From contig NW_004797325.1 in NCBI RefSeq assembly GCF_000002075.1, positions 1,319,190 to 1,383,189 on the forward strand: DNA of 64,000 nt. Direction: 5' to 3'. The position numbers were made by a program, and so were the translations under genes. This document shows, piece after piece, positions 11,801 to 26,800 of this stretch. How positions within the stretch are numbered: position 1 is the stretch's first letter; each line of letters begins with the position of its first letter. The notes below the pieces were generated by a model. That model was not told the DNA's origin, did no database searches, and worked only from the letters and a program-made list of their open reading frames with translations. Source of the DNA: Aplysia californica. Its lineage: Eukaryota.

Positions 11801-14800
11801 TAAGTCGGGATTTGAGAGGGGAGGGGGAAGAAAGTGGAGATGAAAGCAGCTGACAGAACATTAACTCACTTCAGACGGTTCACACAACAGTTGCGTGACC
11901 CCCGCCGGGACGCTCGCTACGGTTCCCACAAGCCGTGCGTGACCAACTTTGGAATTTTTTTTTCGCTCTATAAATCACGCACGGATCGCGTGACCCACCT
12001 CGTATCCTTGTTTGGCCAAGCCTGAGCTACTTAGACTTCGTTTCGTATCTCTGGGGCCCGTAGTTTTTAAGTTATTGAAGGTGAAGGGGGTTGAACTGAC
12101 CGGAACTCGCGCTTTGTTTTTTCTATACGGCTGATAGTAATCCGACAGTCACGTCGTAGTAACGGTCGAAGAAGTCGCATGAACAAGAATCACATAATTT
12201 CGCCGTTTTCGATACTTCTGTACGTTTTACTAGTTCTAGTGTCTCAGAATATTATGTGTCTGATAGTTAGGACCCTGGAGATGTATCCGAACACGGCCCG
12301 AGTCGTAGTTTTAGGGCTAGATCTAGCACTCTAGTACTGGTGTTGTTCGCGCAACGAAATCACAACGTCGTGCCATACATCTGTCTCATGTAATTCAGTG
12401 TATGGGTCTGAATCAACGCACAGACCAGCTTTTATATTTTCACCAAACACTCATACATGCATACAAATCAAAACAGAACACTTTGAACTTTTATTTTTGT
12501 TGTTGTTGTGAATTTCATTCTACCTGTCACGTCTCTGAAAATTTTTCGGAAAATCAAATTCATGCTAATTTTTTAAAGATCATACAAATTAACGTATTAG
12601 ACTTAGACAACTTTAGTTTTTTGTATTAGATTAAGCTTGAATGTTACTTTACTGTGTCAAAAAGTAATTACAATAGGGTAATTTTGAGAGTTGTGGTGAT
12701 TTATTGAAATACTCCGAAAAACGCCAGTCTTCAACGCTTGTGACTGGTGAAAGGGCCCAGTAGTAAGTGAGTTGAATTAGACTACGTCAAATGAGGTTAA
12801 AGGAGAAAATTTTACAGAATTTTTTAGGGGGTCGCTGTCAAGTTTCAAATCCAAGACCTTTGAAGATAGCCGATCACTACCTCTCGACCATGAGAACCTC
12901 CAGTACCTTGTGGGAAAACCAATATATTTGTAATACCTTTGCAGGGCGATTCAGAGCAAGTAGAAGTGCTGGTCACTTATGGAGCTGATGTGAATCAGGC
13001 TGGGCACAGTGGAGTTGGCTCCCTACACATTGCTGCAATGTGCGGCCACCATGAGGTAAATTAAATGTACAGAATTGCTACAAAAATAAACGCAATAAAC
13101 ACAATACTTTAAAAAATCATTGTCTTTCATTCTTTCACTTGTAGAATTGGATTGATTCCCTATTAAACAGTAAAGATTTGTTCATTTCTTAATTTAGAAA
13201 GCATGCTTTTAAACAAATTCTTCTAAGTTTGACACGCAACAAAGGAAAAAGGTGTTATAGAACTTATCACCTTTTGAGAATGGCTCATGTAGCTCACACA
13301 GAAACTAAATTTTGTCATTAGTTACATCTTCTTGTGATGTAGATTTTTGAAGATTTTTTTTCATGCCTACTTGATTGAGAATGTAAAGTGTTATGTCTGT
13401 TAATCATTTTGTTGGTTTTCAGATTGCCAAGATTCTACTAGACAGTGGTGCTAAGATTGACATGGGGGATCTTGTCAAGTTTTCCTCTCTGCACATTGCC
13501 TGCCATTTTGGCCATGAAAAGGTATGTGTCCCAGAAGGAGATTTGTATTTTTGCTGACTGAAGAATTGGTCAGTATTCTGTAGTAGATCACTTAAAGTGT
13601 GGATCAAGGGTTTGAATTTTATGTATGTGGAAGAAATGTACTGTCCTGTGTATATGTGTGTGTGTGTGTGTGTGCAAGTTTAAGCTATGAATAGACGTAC
13701 AAATATTATGAGGGGGTTTGTCAGTTTGAACAAAATTGACTGACTGTTAAGCTGTACATCTCTTTTGCGGAACTTGTGTCTTTTGAAATGCAGATTTCAT
13801 GTTTGACGCAAATAGAGAAGTAAAGCAAAAAAAGGCTGTGACACTTGGACTATGCAGAACCTATCTTCATTCCCGTAAAGTTCGACTAGGTTACAAGTGA
13901 TGGATGCTCCTTTCGGTTTACTCTTCTTTTACTTTGTGGTTTTTTTTATGCCAGCCTGATGAAATTTTGTTGTGAAGCGAGTTGAAATGTCTCATCATCA
14001 TTTGCTAGAATAACAAAAAATAGAGAAAAAATGATGACAATGACAGCTTTTTTTCTGATTATGAATTAATTACAATTATCATCATTTTTAAGAGACAATA
14101 GTCGCTCTGTCTTTTGAATCCAAATTGTAAAATAGTTTTCAATTGCTACTAACAACATATTATATTGTGTAATTTTTTACATCTTTGCCTTACACTCAAA
14201 GGATTACAGTTCGATTTCTCAGATGTGTCCTATCTTTGTGCTTGGATGGAGAGGCCCACATAGCCTGGATTCATTTCTGACGTTCATCTCGCCTTCTGAA
14301 TGACCTAATTGTGTTGATGTTGACGTGAAACACCCTGGATTCATTTCCAACAGTCATCCCACCTCCTGAATGATCTAAATTGTTTTTCTGTGAACTTGAA
14401 ATTCTTACTTTCAGTGTGACTGATACAAGTACCGTGTAGTTGACTTCAGTCCTGGTTCTCTTCTTTCTACCTGTCCCAGGTTGTGGAGCTTCTCCTCAGC
14501 AATGGCTCCGACATCAACATCAGTGGCAGCGTCGGTGACAGACCCATCCATCTCGCCAGCTCGAAAGCAAACCTGAGAATCATGCAGCTTTTGGTGGAAG
14601 GAACTTCGCAACAAAAGGCTGATGGTAATGGGCCTAAAATAGTGGGGGATGACACCTTCGTCCCAAAATTTCAAGAGTACCAGAATATATAAAATGTTCC
14701 AGACCCACTCTTCATTCTCATTATTGTTGTTGCTGAAGTTGTAAATCTAGTAGCCACTGAGCATTACTTTTTTCCTCAGCTGCTCTTGGACATATTTTAG

Positions 14801-17800
14801 TAATTGTCTTCATGCTTATTCATCATAAGTCTCCCGTCAAGTAGTTTTGCTTTGTTGGCAACCTTGCCACTCCACAACCTGTTCTCATGGTCAGTAGGTC
14901 TATTCCTTTCTCTTCATTTTGCATCATGTTCATGTTGGGCTCATTCATTGCTGACAATGGGTGATTTCTATTGTCATGCTGACCTGTAGCAAACTGTAAC
15001 TCACTCAACCCACAGTAGGTGGTTGGTGGGTGCTCTGGTGTGGTTTGCTCTATCTTTTCTATCAAACGTCTGTCCTTTTCTCTCCTCCATTTTCTGTGTT
15101 TGCTACTCCCATGTATCACATTTAATCCTCCGCACTTATATGACCCAATTGTATTACAAGTGCTGTAAAACTCTTACTAAATCATTTAATAAACACAAAC
15201 AGCTTTTGTGAGATGCTTTGTTGTATGACTTGAGTTGACAGTGAATGTAATTGTTATGAGGCCGTTTTTGACAGCTGTCTGTGGTTGGAGGGTGCCACTA
15301 ATGTAACCTGTTTCTGTCTGTCTTATTTTATTTCTCTGCACAAAGTGACTGTTATTGTGTCGATGTGCTTCTCAGTACACAGATAAGCTAACAAATGATT
15401 GACATGGGTGGTTGACTGGTGCTCTGATGTGGTTGGCTCTTTCTTTCCTATCAAACATCCATCACTGTATCCCTCCTCCTGTTGTAAATATGTTACGCTA
15501 CAGTGACACCTTTAATCTTCAACCATTAAACTCTTACTAAAACGAAATCTAACATTTTTGACAGCAAATATTATATATAATTGTGATGTGGCTTTTGTTG
15601 ACAGTGAATGTGAAAGATAATGAAGGACACACCCCTCTCCACTTCTGCTGCAAGTCTGGTCACCTGGTCACCCTGCACTACCTCCTGGACCACCAGGCTG
15701 TGCCCCACGAGGCCAACATCTACGGAGACACGCCCCTCCACCTGTGAGTTCCTGGTTTAGAGACAGTTTGGTGTAACTCTTCCCAGCCTGGAGAAAAATT
15801 CCTTATTTGCACATACTGTTGTTTCTGTTTATCTATTTTACTTTTTCTCTGCCCAACATGACATTACTGGGTGGTTGGCCGACACTCTTGTGTGGTTTGC
15901 GTCTTCTTTCCTTCGAAACATTCTTCGTCATTTTCTCTCCTCATTCTTTTCCTACCTTTAATCTTGGACACTCATTTGACCTTATTGTGTTTTTAAAGCT
16001 TACAAAACTTTTCTTCTTCTTCTTCTTCTATCCCGTGGTTGGGGCAACCGTTGGGGCACCACTGCATTGGAAAACCAGCTCTCGCCATCTATTTTTGTCC
16101 TCTGCTCTCCTCAGATTGTCACCCATCATCTTTCCTGTCCACTCTGTAATGTTGTCCTCCCATCTCCTTCTCTGCCTTCCTCTCTTTCTCTTTCCTTGTA
16201 TGGTTCCTTGCAGGATTGTTTTGGCATGTCCTGTGAAAACTTTTACTGACACTAAATTGAACCTAGATAACTCTGACCCTCTCACATTATTACCATAAAC
16301 AAGCCCTCTCGATACAATCTCCCAGCTCCCTTGTCTCTGAAATTCCCCTGACTCCCACATCAGACAAGACAGCCTATTAAAACTTGTGAGATTTTTGTTC
16401 TGCTTCACAAACAAGATATGAGACTAATATATACAAAAAATCATGACTCTAGTGTATGAGCTAGGTGTTTTAATTATCTCTCAGCCTCACAATATTGGGA
16501 TTAAAAAACTAACTTGATCGTCTTTTATGACTGAGTAACAAATAGTTTCCGTACTTTTTATCCCACATTGTTTCAAATCCGGGCCGGTCAGTAATTTGTT
16601 GCTGTATTTGTGGGTTGTTAGAGGGCACCACCTCATGTACATCTTGCTTCTTTACTTTCCTTTCTTTTGTCTACTATCCGTCTTTCTCTTTCCTGGGTCT
16701 AAACTACCATTTTTGCATGGATGTGTTTCTCTTTTCTCATTTAGGCAGAGCCATTTTGCAGAAAAGTTAACTTGGTTCTGTCAAAAATGATTATGATTAT
16801 AAACATAAACACAATATCAACAGCAGTTGGGTTTGAGGCAAAGCGACTGCTCAGTGTAAGTCTCCGTATTTTGTCTCTTTTCAAAACGATGCTTGTATGG
16901 GGGAATCTTACACTTAGCAGTCAAAATTATTATTGCCATTTTTGATGAATACAACTTGTGTTGATCCATCAGAGCTTGCTACAACGGCAAGCTGGAGATT
17001 GCCAAACAGCTGGTGGCTCAGACAGGACAAGAGAGTCTGATCATGGAGAACATTTTTAGTGAAACACCACTGCACAGGTGAGGCATGCACTCAGTACTGG
17101 TTTTCGTGTGTGGTGGTGGGGGGGTTCTTGTTTGTTTTTTTAGTTATTTTTTTACCGAAAGGATGTTGACTCATAAAGGGCTCAATAGAACAACTGCATA
17201 TATCACATTTTAAATTTTGAGAACTCGTAAATTTTAAAGTTTGTTGACTCGTAACCAAGTACTATTGTTAGCTGTATCTCTTCACCCTTTCCGGATGTGT
17301 CGCCGATATATCGGCTGTGATAGGGTGCCTCAGTATTTTTTCGTTTTAACACGGTCTGTCATTTATAATTACTTCTTATAGCTATTGAAAAACTTGGAAA
17401 GGATTTAGGAAACGAAAACATCTAATTTCACTTTGTCAAAGTGTGGGTTTGAGGAAAAACGAGTGAATTAGTTCTTGCGGTCTTGCATCAACAAAACGAT
17501 GTAACCGGACTCAGTGAAAATATCATAACTTAAACAAAAATTGGAATATTGTTTTCAAAGAAAAAGCTGCACTTTCAGAAATTTATGGATTATGCTCTTG
17601 GCCTTTATATGATAAGACAGCTATGCTGATTTGCTTTCATATGTTTGGTGAATGTAATTTTTTCCATCAAAATTCATTTTTCTCATCACCATTGCCATTT
17701 CTAACCCTTCTAATGCATACTTAAGCTCAAAATTAATCCTTGTTTCATGTTGGAATGTATTCCTCATTCAATTTCCTTCAATTTGATATATCATGTTACG

Positions 17801-20800
17801 TTTGGAGTCATAGTTATGCTTCTATGAAGTTATTTTGTACAAAACCTGCATAGTCAAATCGAGCCACAAGTTAATTATGTCTAGACCCCCAAAAAACTGT
17901 CCGGAAAGAGTTAAACCTATTGCTCATTATTTTGTGTCCTGTAACTCTGGTATATTGGTCTAAAGTTGGTTATTTCCTTGGAAATACATCTAAAAGCAGG
18001 GACACAACCCTTAAATCGACATCATTTTTACATGCAGTTAAGATATCACCACTTGGAGTTTTTGTACTGTTTTTTTCTTCATTTAGCAAAGGTTTAAAAC
18101 CACAGATTTGTTTTCGAACTGCGTGTAAATAATAAGAGTTAGTCATTCCCCATTTTCTACTCCTTTCCAATTTCCAGCGAGAACTGTCAGAGAACATTTG
18201 AGTTGGTCTGGATGACTGGTGTGTTTGTCAAGTGAATAATGAAGAAGCAGAAGTTACAGTTAAACCTGTTCTAACAACCTCTTGTCCAAGACAATCACCA
18301 GTACAAATGACCACTTTCCACTTCCTCCCGTACATTTTTTTTCTGTTTTGTAATGACACTGTTCAAATGAACCACTTGAACAAAAATGGACCCTCTTTTC
18401 TTCGACGATGGGTGATCATCAGTTCAGTTGTATTCAGTTTTCTTCCATGTTTTTTTTTTCCCCTAGTGCTTGCACGTACGGCAAAAGCCTGGAGCTGGTC
18501 AAATTCCTGCTGGAGCAGCAAAGCGTGGACATTAACTACCAGGGCAAGGACGGCCACACAGCCCTGCACAGTGCCTGCTACCACGGCCACCTGAGGTGTG
18601 TACAGTTCCTCCTGGAGAACCGCGGGGACATGAACCTCGTGGCGGCTGCCAGCGATCAGAGCGGGGACAGCGAGAAGAGAGAGGAGCAGACGGCGCTCAT
18701 GTGGGCCTTTGAGCGAGGTCAGTGCTTTCTACAGGCAACGCGCTAGTGTATTGAGTTCAATATATTTGTGAAAAATTGATGAACGCCTGATTCCACCACC
18801 TCGTACCATAATTTGGTTCTTGAAAGGCTCCTCGCGTTCGGGATACTTTAGTTCGTGAGCACACATGCCGTGAGGTCAGCGTGACCTGGGGTCAGAGTCC
18901 GGGCAACACGCTGCGAGTTGAGCGCTGCGTTGAGACTGAATTTTTTAGTTTTACACCATGCTCATATGTGACAAATACATTGTAACAGTAAAATCTAGGA
19001 ACTCCGTCCTCACTGTACGGAACGATTTAACTTTATATGTTTATGCCTCGAAGATTTGCAGTTGATAGCAGTAGTAGTTTTTTTACACAACTAAGCCTGG
19101 AAGACAGGAGAAATCCTGTGGCTGTGTATGACGTAATCGACATTTAAAATGTCATCTATTGTAAAATGTGAATTTCAGATGAGGCTGATTTTTTGCTCAG
19201 TGAAAGAGAACTCATGAAAAAATGTACTCACCAGATGGGGTCAACGGAGCAGGAAAAATAATCCGATAATGAATAAAAATGTCACACTATCTCTTTCATC
19301 TGCTTCCAATCCAGCTCGCACATTACACAGACAATTGAAATATATTATCTTCAACAATGAGGTGATACCTGAACTATTGTGCGGGATTTTTACCACTTGA
19401 TTTAAGAGAGACTGTGGTCTCTCCATGTGGCTTTAGTGGATATGTATTGATTGGATCAAGAGTGGCTTTGGCAGAGGTAGTAGCGGAGTCTTCAGTGATA
19501 GTTGTCGGGCTGTGTGAAGGAAAAAACATGGCGGTTTACACAGCCTCTTGACGAAACAACCCTGTGTTGGCACAACTTGCTCTGATCAGCTCCAACACTT
19601 GAGGCAAAAGAGCGCCGTATGTGCTGACTCTCGCAGAGCTTTTTTCATGCAGCTTTCATAGCGTTTAAGCTATGCCTCTTTTTTACCATTTCGATAGCAA
19701 CCAACACTTGTGACAAATGTATTTTGAATGAGTATCATTGATATCTTGACAAATGTCAATTCCATACACAAAGAAAATATCACCCTCAAACAAAGCCATG
19801 CCGAGCTCGTAACTAAGATAGCTGATATTGGGCAAAATGTGACGCTGTGTCCTACTTTGGTCTTTTTTTGTAGTTTCTGTTTTTCAATCTTGTTTTCTTT
19901 TAACTCTTAGTGAACATGTGTAAGTATGTGTGCTTGTATTTGCTCAGACAAATCAGGATCTGGAAAATCTAGCAACTTCTTTTTTTTTTATTCGTCCCTT
20001 TACTGTACTGTAGATCTATTTCATACATCTCAATAATTCGTCACCAAGTGCACTGTAAATATATCTCATATGATGTGAAAGACAAGTGTTTTGTTTCATT
20101 GATATCTCAACTTTTACCAGGTTTTGAGTAAAGAGATTGGCATCCCTTAAGAGCTTGCTGTTTTAGCTATGACATTCCTTAAAAACTTAACATTCTATCT
20201 CTGTGAGACCTTATATATATATTTGATGGGAAGCATTGGCTATTTAACTGATAAAAACAAAGCAAAGTGTGTTGTCTTTCATAGTGTGAGACAGAACCAA
20301 CGCATTGAATCAGAGTGCCCATTCATCCTCAGTTCTTTTAAGTTGTTTACATCTTTATGGCTTTTTCCACGCAGGTCTTGTCAAAAGATGAAGTTATCTC
20401 TCTTTTTATTGATACATAATTTTACCTGTCTCTTATAATATGCAAACAAATGTTGATTTACTCACCGAGCACCCCTCCCGCACAATATGCGGTTCGGTAA
20501 AAGTCACGGACCGCGACCGCAGCATACGCAGGTTCAACTGTAATCTATAATTGCGTACACGTGGATGGTTGTTTTCTGTAGCTGAAAAAACTGCGCAACG
20601 TAGAAACATAAAAATATTACTGAAGGTAGATCTAATTCAAAGACCAAGCTAAGTTTCTATCAATTCAGTAAGTGCTTGCATTTGCCTAAAAAATTTAGAA
20701 AAATAGAAAACGCTATCGGCCGTTTACGATTTTCCCGTTCATCATTTCTATGCCGTGTTCAAGACATATTTTGTTTTTCATGATATTATAAAATTAAGAC

Positions 20801-23800
20801 TTCCGTTCACATGCAGTGTGCACTGAACCCACAATGACCTGACGATTGATTCCATTCATCGAACGGGGTGCCCAGCTAGTTGGCTGTAATGTAAACCCAG
20901 CAGTTTTAAAATGCTTGCAAATAGCCCCAGTTGTTTAAACAGGATATGGACAAGCTAGCTCTTTGTGGTTTGTGTATATTCACCACTTTTAGTGCGAATA
21001 AAGGAGTTATTTGTCCAACGGACTGAACAACTAAGAGTAAGAGTAAGGAACTTTCGCGCAGTTTCTCGTAAGCGAAGCATGGCATTGCGAGGTGTCTCGA
21101 AGTTTGTTGAAACTCTTGATAATTTTGGTGAAGTTTTAAGTGACAGCGAAGTATCAGATAGATAACTTCATAAATCAAAATACAAATTCACCTCGCAGTG
21201 ATGAAGATGACTGAGAAAATGACATTAGACCTAGATCTAAGTGTAGACCAACATCGTCTCTCGATCGTGAATCTGACTCGTCAGCGAGTACGCAGCCTGG
21301 TCCGGCTGGGGATGATAATAGATCTAGCCCCAGTACTAGTACAAATCAGCCCTCAAAGTGGAGAAGATATAAATGTACCAGACCTGGAACATCTAAAGAC
21401 AGATCTAGTCCTAGCACTAGCAGCACTGACAATGAAAATGCTTCTCAGTCTGTCACCGACGATTTTTTTAGATCTAGATCTATATTTTTTTTATTTTTCA
21501 AAATTAATTATCACTTACATTTTTATGCTACTTCACTTTACACGCTCTTACTTCATTCTCCTACGCACAAAAACACACTGCCACAACCATTTTGTGTAAG
21601 TTTATAAGATTTCTGCTTTGTCACATCATTTCCTTTTTTTCCCCAATTTTTTTTTCCTTTGACAAATTTGTCCCAACTTTCTGTCCCATACCTTTTTTTG
21701 TTATTCATTCTTCACAGAATGTGTTTATTGTGTCTGTTTTACCCATATCTTATTAATTAGCACAGAAAGTTTCAAAGAAATAGCATTTCATTTCAATTTT
21801 TTATGAATTGTCAAAAATTCTGCTCTTATATGACCTTAATGTGTTGCAAGTGCCGGAAAACACATACTAAAACAAACATTGTGACCATGGACATCTTGGG
21901 CACAGTGGAATTTCTCTTTAGCACATATGGGGTAAATATATGGTGCGCTGTCAAGGGGTTAAGATATTGAATTTGAATTTGTTTTTTTCCTTATTAATGC
22001 GAGCTGGTGGTTGTAGACCAGGTTCCTTTTCTTCCACTCTGGTTGTTTCTATCAGTCTATCTTTACTTTTTCCCTGCATTAAATGACAGTTATTGTGCCA
22101 ATGTGCTTCTCTTTTCTTCAACAGACAGACAAACAAACTTTCTTTTGGGTAGAGTACTTAAAGAAATATATGCATCTGTCAACTCACTGGAACTGAATGT
22201 TTTACATCTATTTGACATGTTTGGGTTGAAGAATCGTGTTTTTAAAAGTAGCTCAATTTTTGTTTCTTGTGATCACTGTTTGTTTCTTTTTCACAGCTCT
22301 TATCAGCTGTTGTCTTCCTATTTTACCAATGCAGTTGGAAGATGAATGTGTGGATAAGTCCATAAAACGTTATCAATAAATCTGTAAGCAATAAATCAGT
22401 CTTCCAAAATTTCTCCTCTTCTCCAGGCCACGACTCCATCGTGACGTTGCTCAAACACTACAAGCGACCCAGTGAGGAAGGCTGTGGGGACTACTCCCAG
22501 CCTGGCAGTCTCGATGGTTCCTACGTGGCGGTGCCCTCCCCTCTCGGCAAACTGCGCAGCATGACAAAAGGTTGGGTGTGAAGGATTGTTGTTTTGCAAA
22601 AGCATTTTTATGGTCATTCCTACCCATTTGAGGTGATGATTTTCCTTTTGTTTCAGCCATGTAGAATTTCACGCTGCATGCTGAACATGTTGTCATCATA
22701 TCAGAAGCTTTGTCTTTCTGCTGTGGAGGTTACCACTCTGTTCTACAACTAACGCTATAAAATGTACCCCATTACGTACTTGGATACCAAGATATCTACA
22801 AAATGTGCATGATCTCCAAACAGATCAGTTTCAAAACCTACAGAACTAATGGCAAAAGATATTGTGTGTGTGTACGTGGGGGAGAGAGAGAGGGAGAGAC
22901 AAACAGCGAGCCAATGTTCCAGGATTTTGACAATAAAGGTTTATCTTATAGCACAAACGCTACTATTGTTTGTAACGATGAATTAATTCTTCTTGACAGG
23001 CATAATATTGAGAAGTTTTATCCGCTTTGAGACCATGTTCATTTTGCAGATATCTGTTATCTGAGTAAAAGCCATCAAGGGGGGCTTCAGTGGATGGGCC
23101 TATTTCTTGACTCTTTCTTTGTCATTTCTGTGATAAAGTCTTTCTTTTTTCATACACTGCATGGCTGCTTTTCTGTCAATGTGCTTCTTTTTACTTAAAC
23201 TTTTGTAGAGCCATCTTTTGTCCTCTTTCCATTCTCTATTTCATATGTAAAGGAGATTTTTTTTTTGCGTTTTTTTATTGGCCATGCCGGTATTCCACTC
23301 GATACCAATCCTCTTTTTGAAAGGTGTATTCAGATAAAAAATAGTCTGTCATATGGACTCTGTGTTGGATATCGGGATAATTGTATTTGCGTGTACACAA
23401 GCCATTATTGCAAACTAAGTTTAACAAGTAAAACTCCATTGACCAAGCCATAGTATACTGACGAGCAAAAGAAAGTGGGCACCCTCCGTTCTGTGCATTA
23501 TTTCCCTTCTTTGCCGTTGTAATGCCGTATTGCCAATGGATTTTGAAAGGCTTGCCATTTTCTCAATAAGTGCAGACAAAAAGACTAAGAAAAACGATCA
23601 AAAGCACACCTTTTATTAGAAATTAATAATACCTATTCGAATGTTCAAAATCCCAGAATTAGTAACAGGTGTATCTCCCACCAGCATTGATGACAACAGT
23701 GCATCTCTGCTTCACGGATTGCATACATCGTTGGATAAATTGCTGGGGAATATTATTCCAAGCATCAATTAGTGATTGCTGCAGTTGTGGGATTGTCATT

Positions 23801-26800
23801 GGGGGTGGCCAAAGTGTGCGAATTTTCTTTTCCATCTTGTTCCAGAGGTGCTTTATGGATTCCCATACCATGATGCTACGTTTGTCAGCAACAGCACTGA
23901 CACACTGAGGTAAATAACGTTCATGACGTCTCCGGCAGACTTTCTGCCTTCCATCGTGGTGATCCAAAAGAAATCTGGACTCGTCAGAAAACATCACTCT
24001 GTTCCACTGGCGGTTTAGCCATCGCCGATGCAGACGTGTCAAGTTGAGTCTGGCATGACGGTGTCTTTGGAGGAGACGAGTGCGTCGAGCTGGGTGTCGG
24101 GCAATGATTCAGTGGGCTTTCAAACGTCGACAAACGGTGAAGCGGCTGATTGGTTTATGCCCAGCCCAATCTCTGACAATTTTAGAAGCTGTTTGAAACC
24201 AATCCTGCAAGTCTGGAACTCTGATCCGATTGTCTTCTACCACAGTAGAGACACGAGGACGACCAGACTTTGGAATGTCACTAACCGAACCACTTGCTTG
24301 GAAGTGTATCCTTAGCTTCTGGATAGTATCTCTCTTCACATTGAAAGCTCTAGCTACAGCAGAAACCGCCGCATGAGCTCTCAGCGTGCCAAGAGCTTCA
24401 TGACGTTGCGCTTCACAAAGACGAGGCATCGTATAAAACAAAATTGAAAAGAACAAACCCAAAAGTTTTGACGGCCTTTTCGCCGACACACGTTGAAGTG
24501 TGAAACGAAAAAAGAATAAAAGTAAAGGCATTGTAAACTTTCAAGAAAAAACGAGAAAACAAGTTTTTAGCCAGACGTGTAGTAAACACTATTTATTACA
24601 ACAAAATAAACAAATGTTGTTCTGACCGACTTTCTAAAGTGACACAAGCTCAGCATGTCAATCGCCAAGTCAAAATTCGCGAGACTACTCATATAGCACC
24701 AATTTGAAAACTGCCCACTTTCTTTTGCTCGCCAGTATATATATAGTCTGTATGATTAAATTTCAAGCTCTCAATATGTTGATAGCTACCAAGTAGTGAA
24801 AAATATAAGGTTATGGGATTTAGATATTTGACCACCGTGTACCTGTTATGCCCCCACAGAAAAGATTGATGTCCTTCAGTTGCGGGCCACTCTGTCCCAC
24901 CAGTTCCACCTGCAGATCACAGACTTGGAGTTCCAGGAAACCATCGGTTCTGGCTCCTTCGGCAAAGTCTACAAGGGCAAGGTCAAAGGTCGGACTGTGG
25001 CCATCAAAAGGTGAAGTGGGGTAGGGAAATATTAGAGGTTGGGTACAAGATTGAAGGGAATACTGGAAGGCAAGAGGTGGGGCTCAAGTGCTAAGGGTGG
25101 TCAATGTATGGATTGACAATATCAAGGTATGAACTGAGCAAAATATGACAAAATGCTCGAGAGCAGTTAGTGACTGTAAACAGTTGTGGGTCATTACACG
25201 TCAACCTCTTAGCCTGAGATGATACCTCCGCATATTCATGGTAAAGGATAGAAGTTTCCGATTTTTCAGAAAGGCACCAAATGAGGGGATAATAATAGCT
25301 TATAAAAAAACTGGCAGTGTACATAAGGCCGATTTCACGGTGAGGACCCACAGGTTTCTCACTTCCCCAGATTTTTTCAGGAATTTGAACTTTTTCAAAG
25401 GGTTATGTATTTTATATAATTGGAAAGGCCTTTTAAAGAGGAATTTTGAAATGTTAGAGGGACAGCAAAGGCTTGTGAAAAAAGTTATTTAATGAAGTAT
25501 AACCTTACCTTGGTGCAAACAACACAATAATTGAATATCACCAAATTTGGATTAATAATCCATTTTATCGAATTCACTGGCCGCAAAAATCAATATGCAC
25601 ACAATAAATGAAAATAATAAGAATAAAAATAAACAATAGAAAAGGAAATAACGAATTTTTAAAAAGGAAAAAAAAAGAAAAAGAGATCAATTGAAAAAAT
25701 GTTCCCAGTGTCAGAACAGCCTATAAGACCACGAAATCATCATCGGCACCGAAATCGTCATCGGCACCAATCTTGACGACTCAAAGCATTCATTGGCATC
25801 AAACAAGACATTCAGAAAAGAATTTGCTATTTTTTTCCCTAACGTCATTTGTTTACTTCCCACACGTGTTACATGTTGTGTTGCAGTCTTTCAATCAATG
25901 TAAACATAAAAGATATGACAAATAAACGTGTGTAATTGGGTTGAATTTGTAATAGATTGCGACATTGGTGTGCTTCGTACGTAAGAGACTTAGTATTGAA
26001 AAAACTTGGAAAATAAGACAAAACATCCACCTCATCGAAAAGGACGCTAAAGAATGAAAGAATAGTGCCAAACGGAAGTAGTTTTTAGCCTCGTTTTTTT
26101 GGGAAAGTCCTCGAGATTTTTCGTAAATCTCCAAAAAATGCCGAGTTGGACTGTAAGATGTCGGAGACTCAGCGGGAGGGGTGCATCACTAACAACTCTC
26201 AAATCTACTACTGATTTCTTCAATTTTTGCAAATTACGGGTAAGACTGATGTAGAAATGAGTATCTTAGTCTGAACTTAAAAACTTACTTTCATTTCGCT
26301 TTTGGAAGTAAATTTGGCTCTTGACGTCGGGTCAAAATGTCGGGCTTACTCGCGCGATTTTCTACCACCATTTCACTCTGTCCGTTACCATTTCAAACCA
26401 AGGCTAGATTTATTTTTTTTCTTATCACATTAGAAAAACATTTCTTGCCTTTTTTGGAGAAAGTCTAGCCATTTAAACCAAAAATTGTCAGACTCGCGAA
26501 CATCGGGAAATACATTAAGTCAAAATCCTTACGTCGGTGACACTGTTACGCAAAATATCAAACAAAATAAACCAAAGTCAACTCTTGTTTTTTAGTCTCG
26601 TGTTTATTGGGCTCGTAAACAAACAAAACAATACAAATTGAACTACAAACAGTACAACAAAAGAATTTTATTTAAAAAATAAACCCCATGCTGTCTCTCA
26701 CACCCTTTCCGTGAAATCCACCATAATCTTTATATAATGATACAAAGTCCAATAGAATACAGTTTGCGTTGTGTGGGCGAGGGAAGGAGTAGGTTGGGAA

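Noticed and set aside
18760-20150. Possible transposon remnants in intron 10
   Set aside because: TE-like composition, but no matched termini or protein motifs identified
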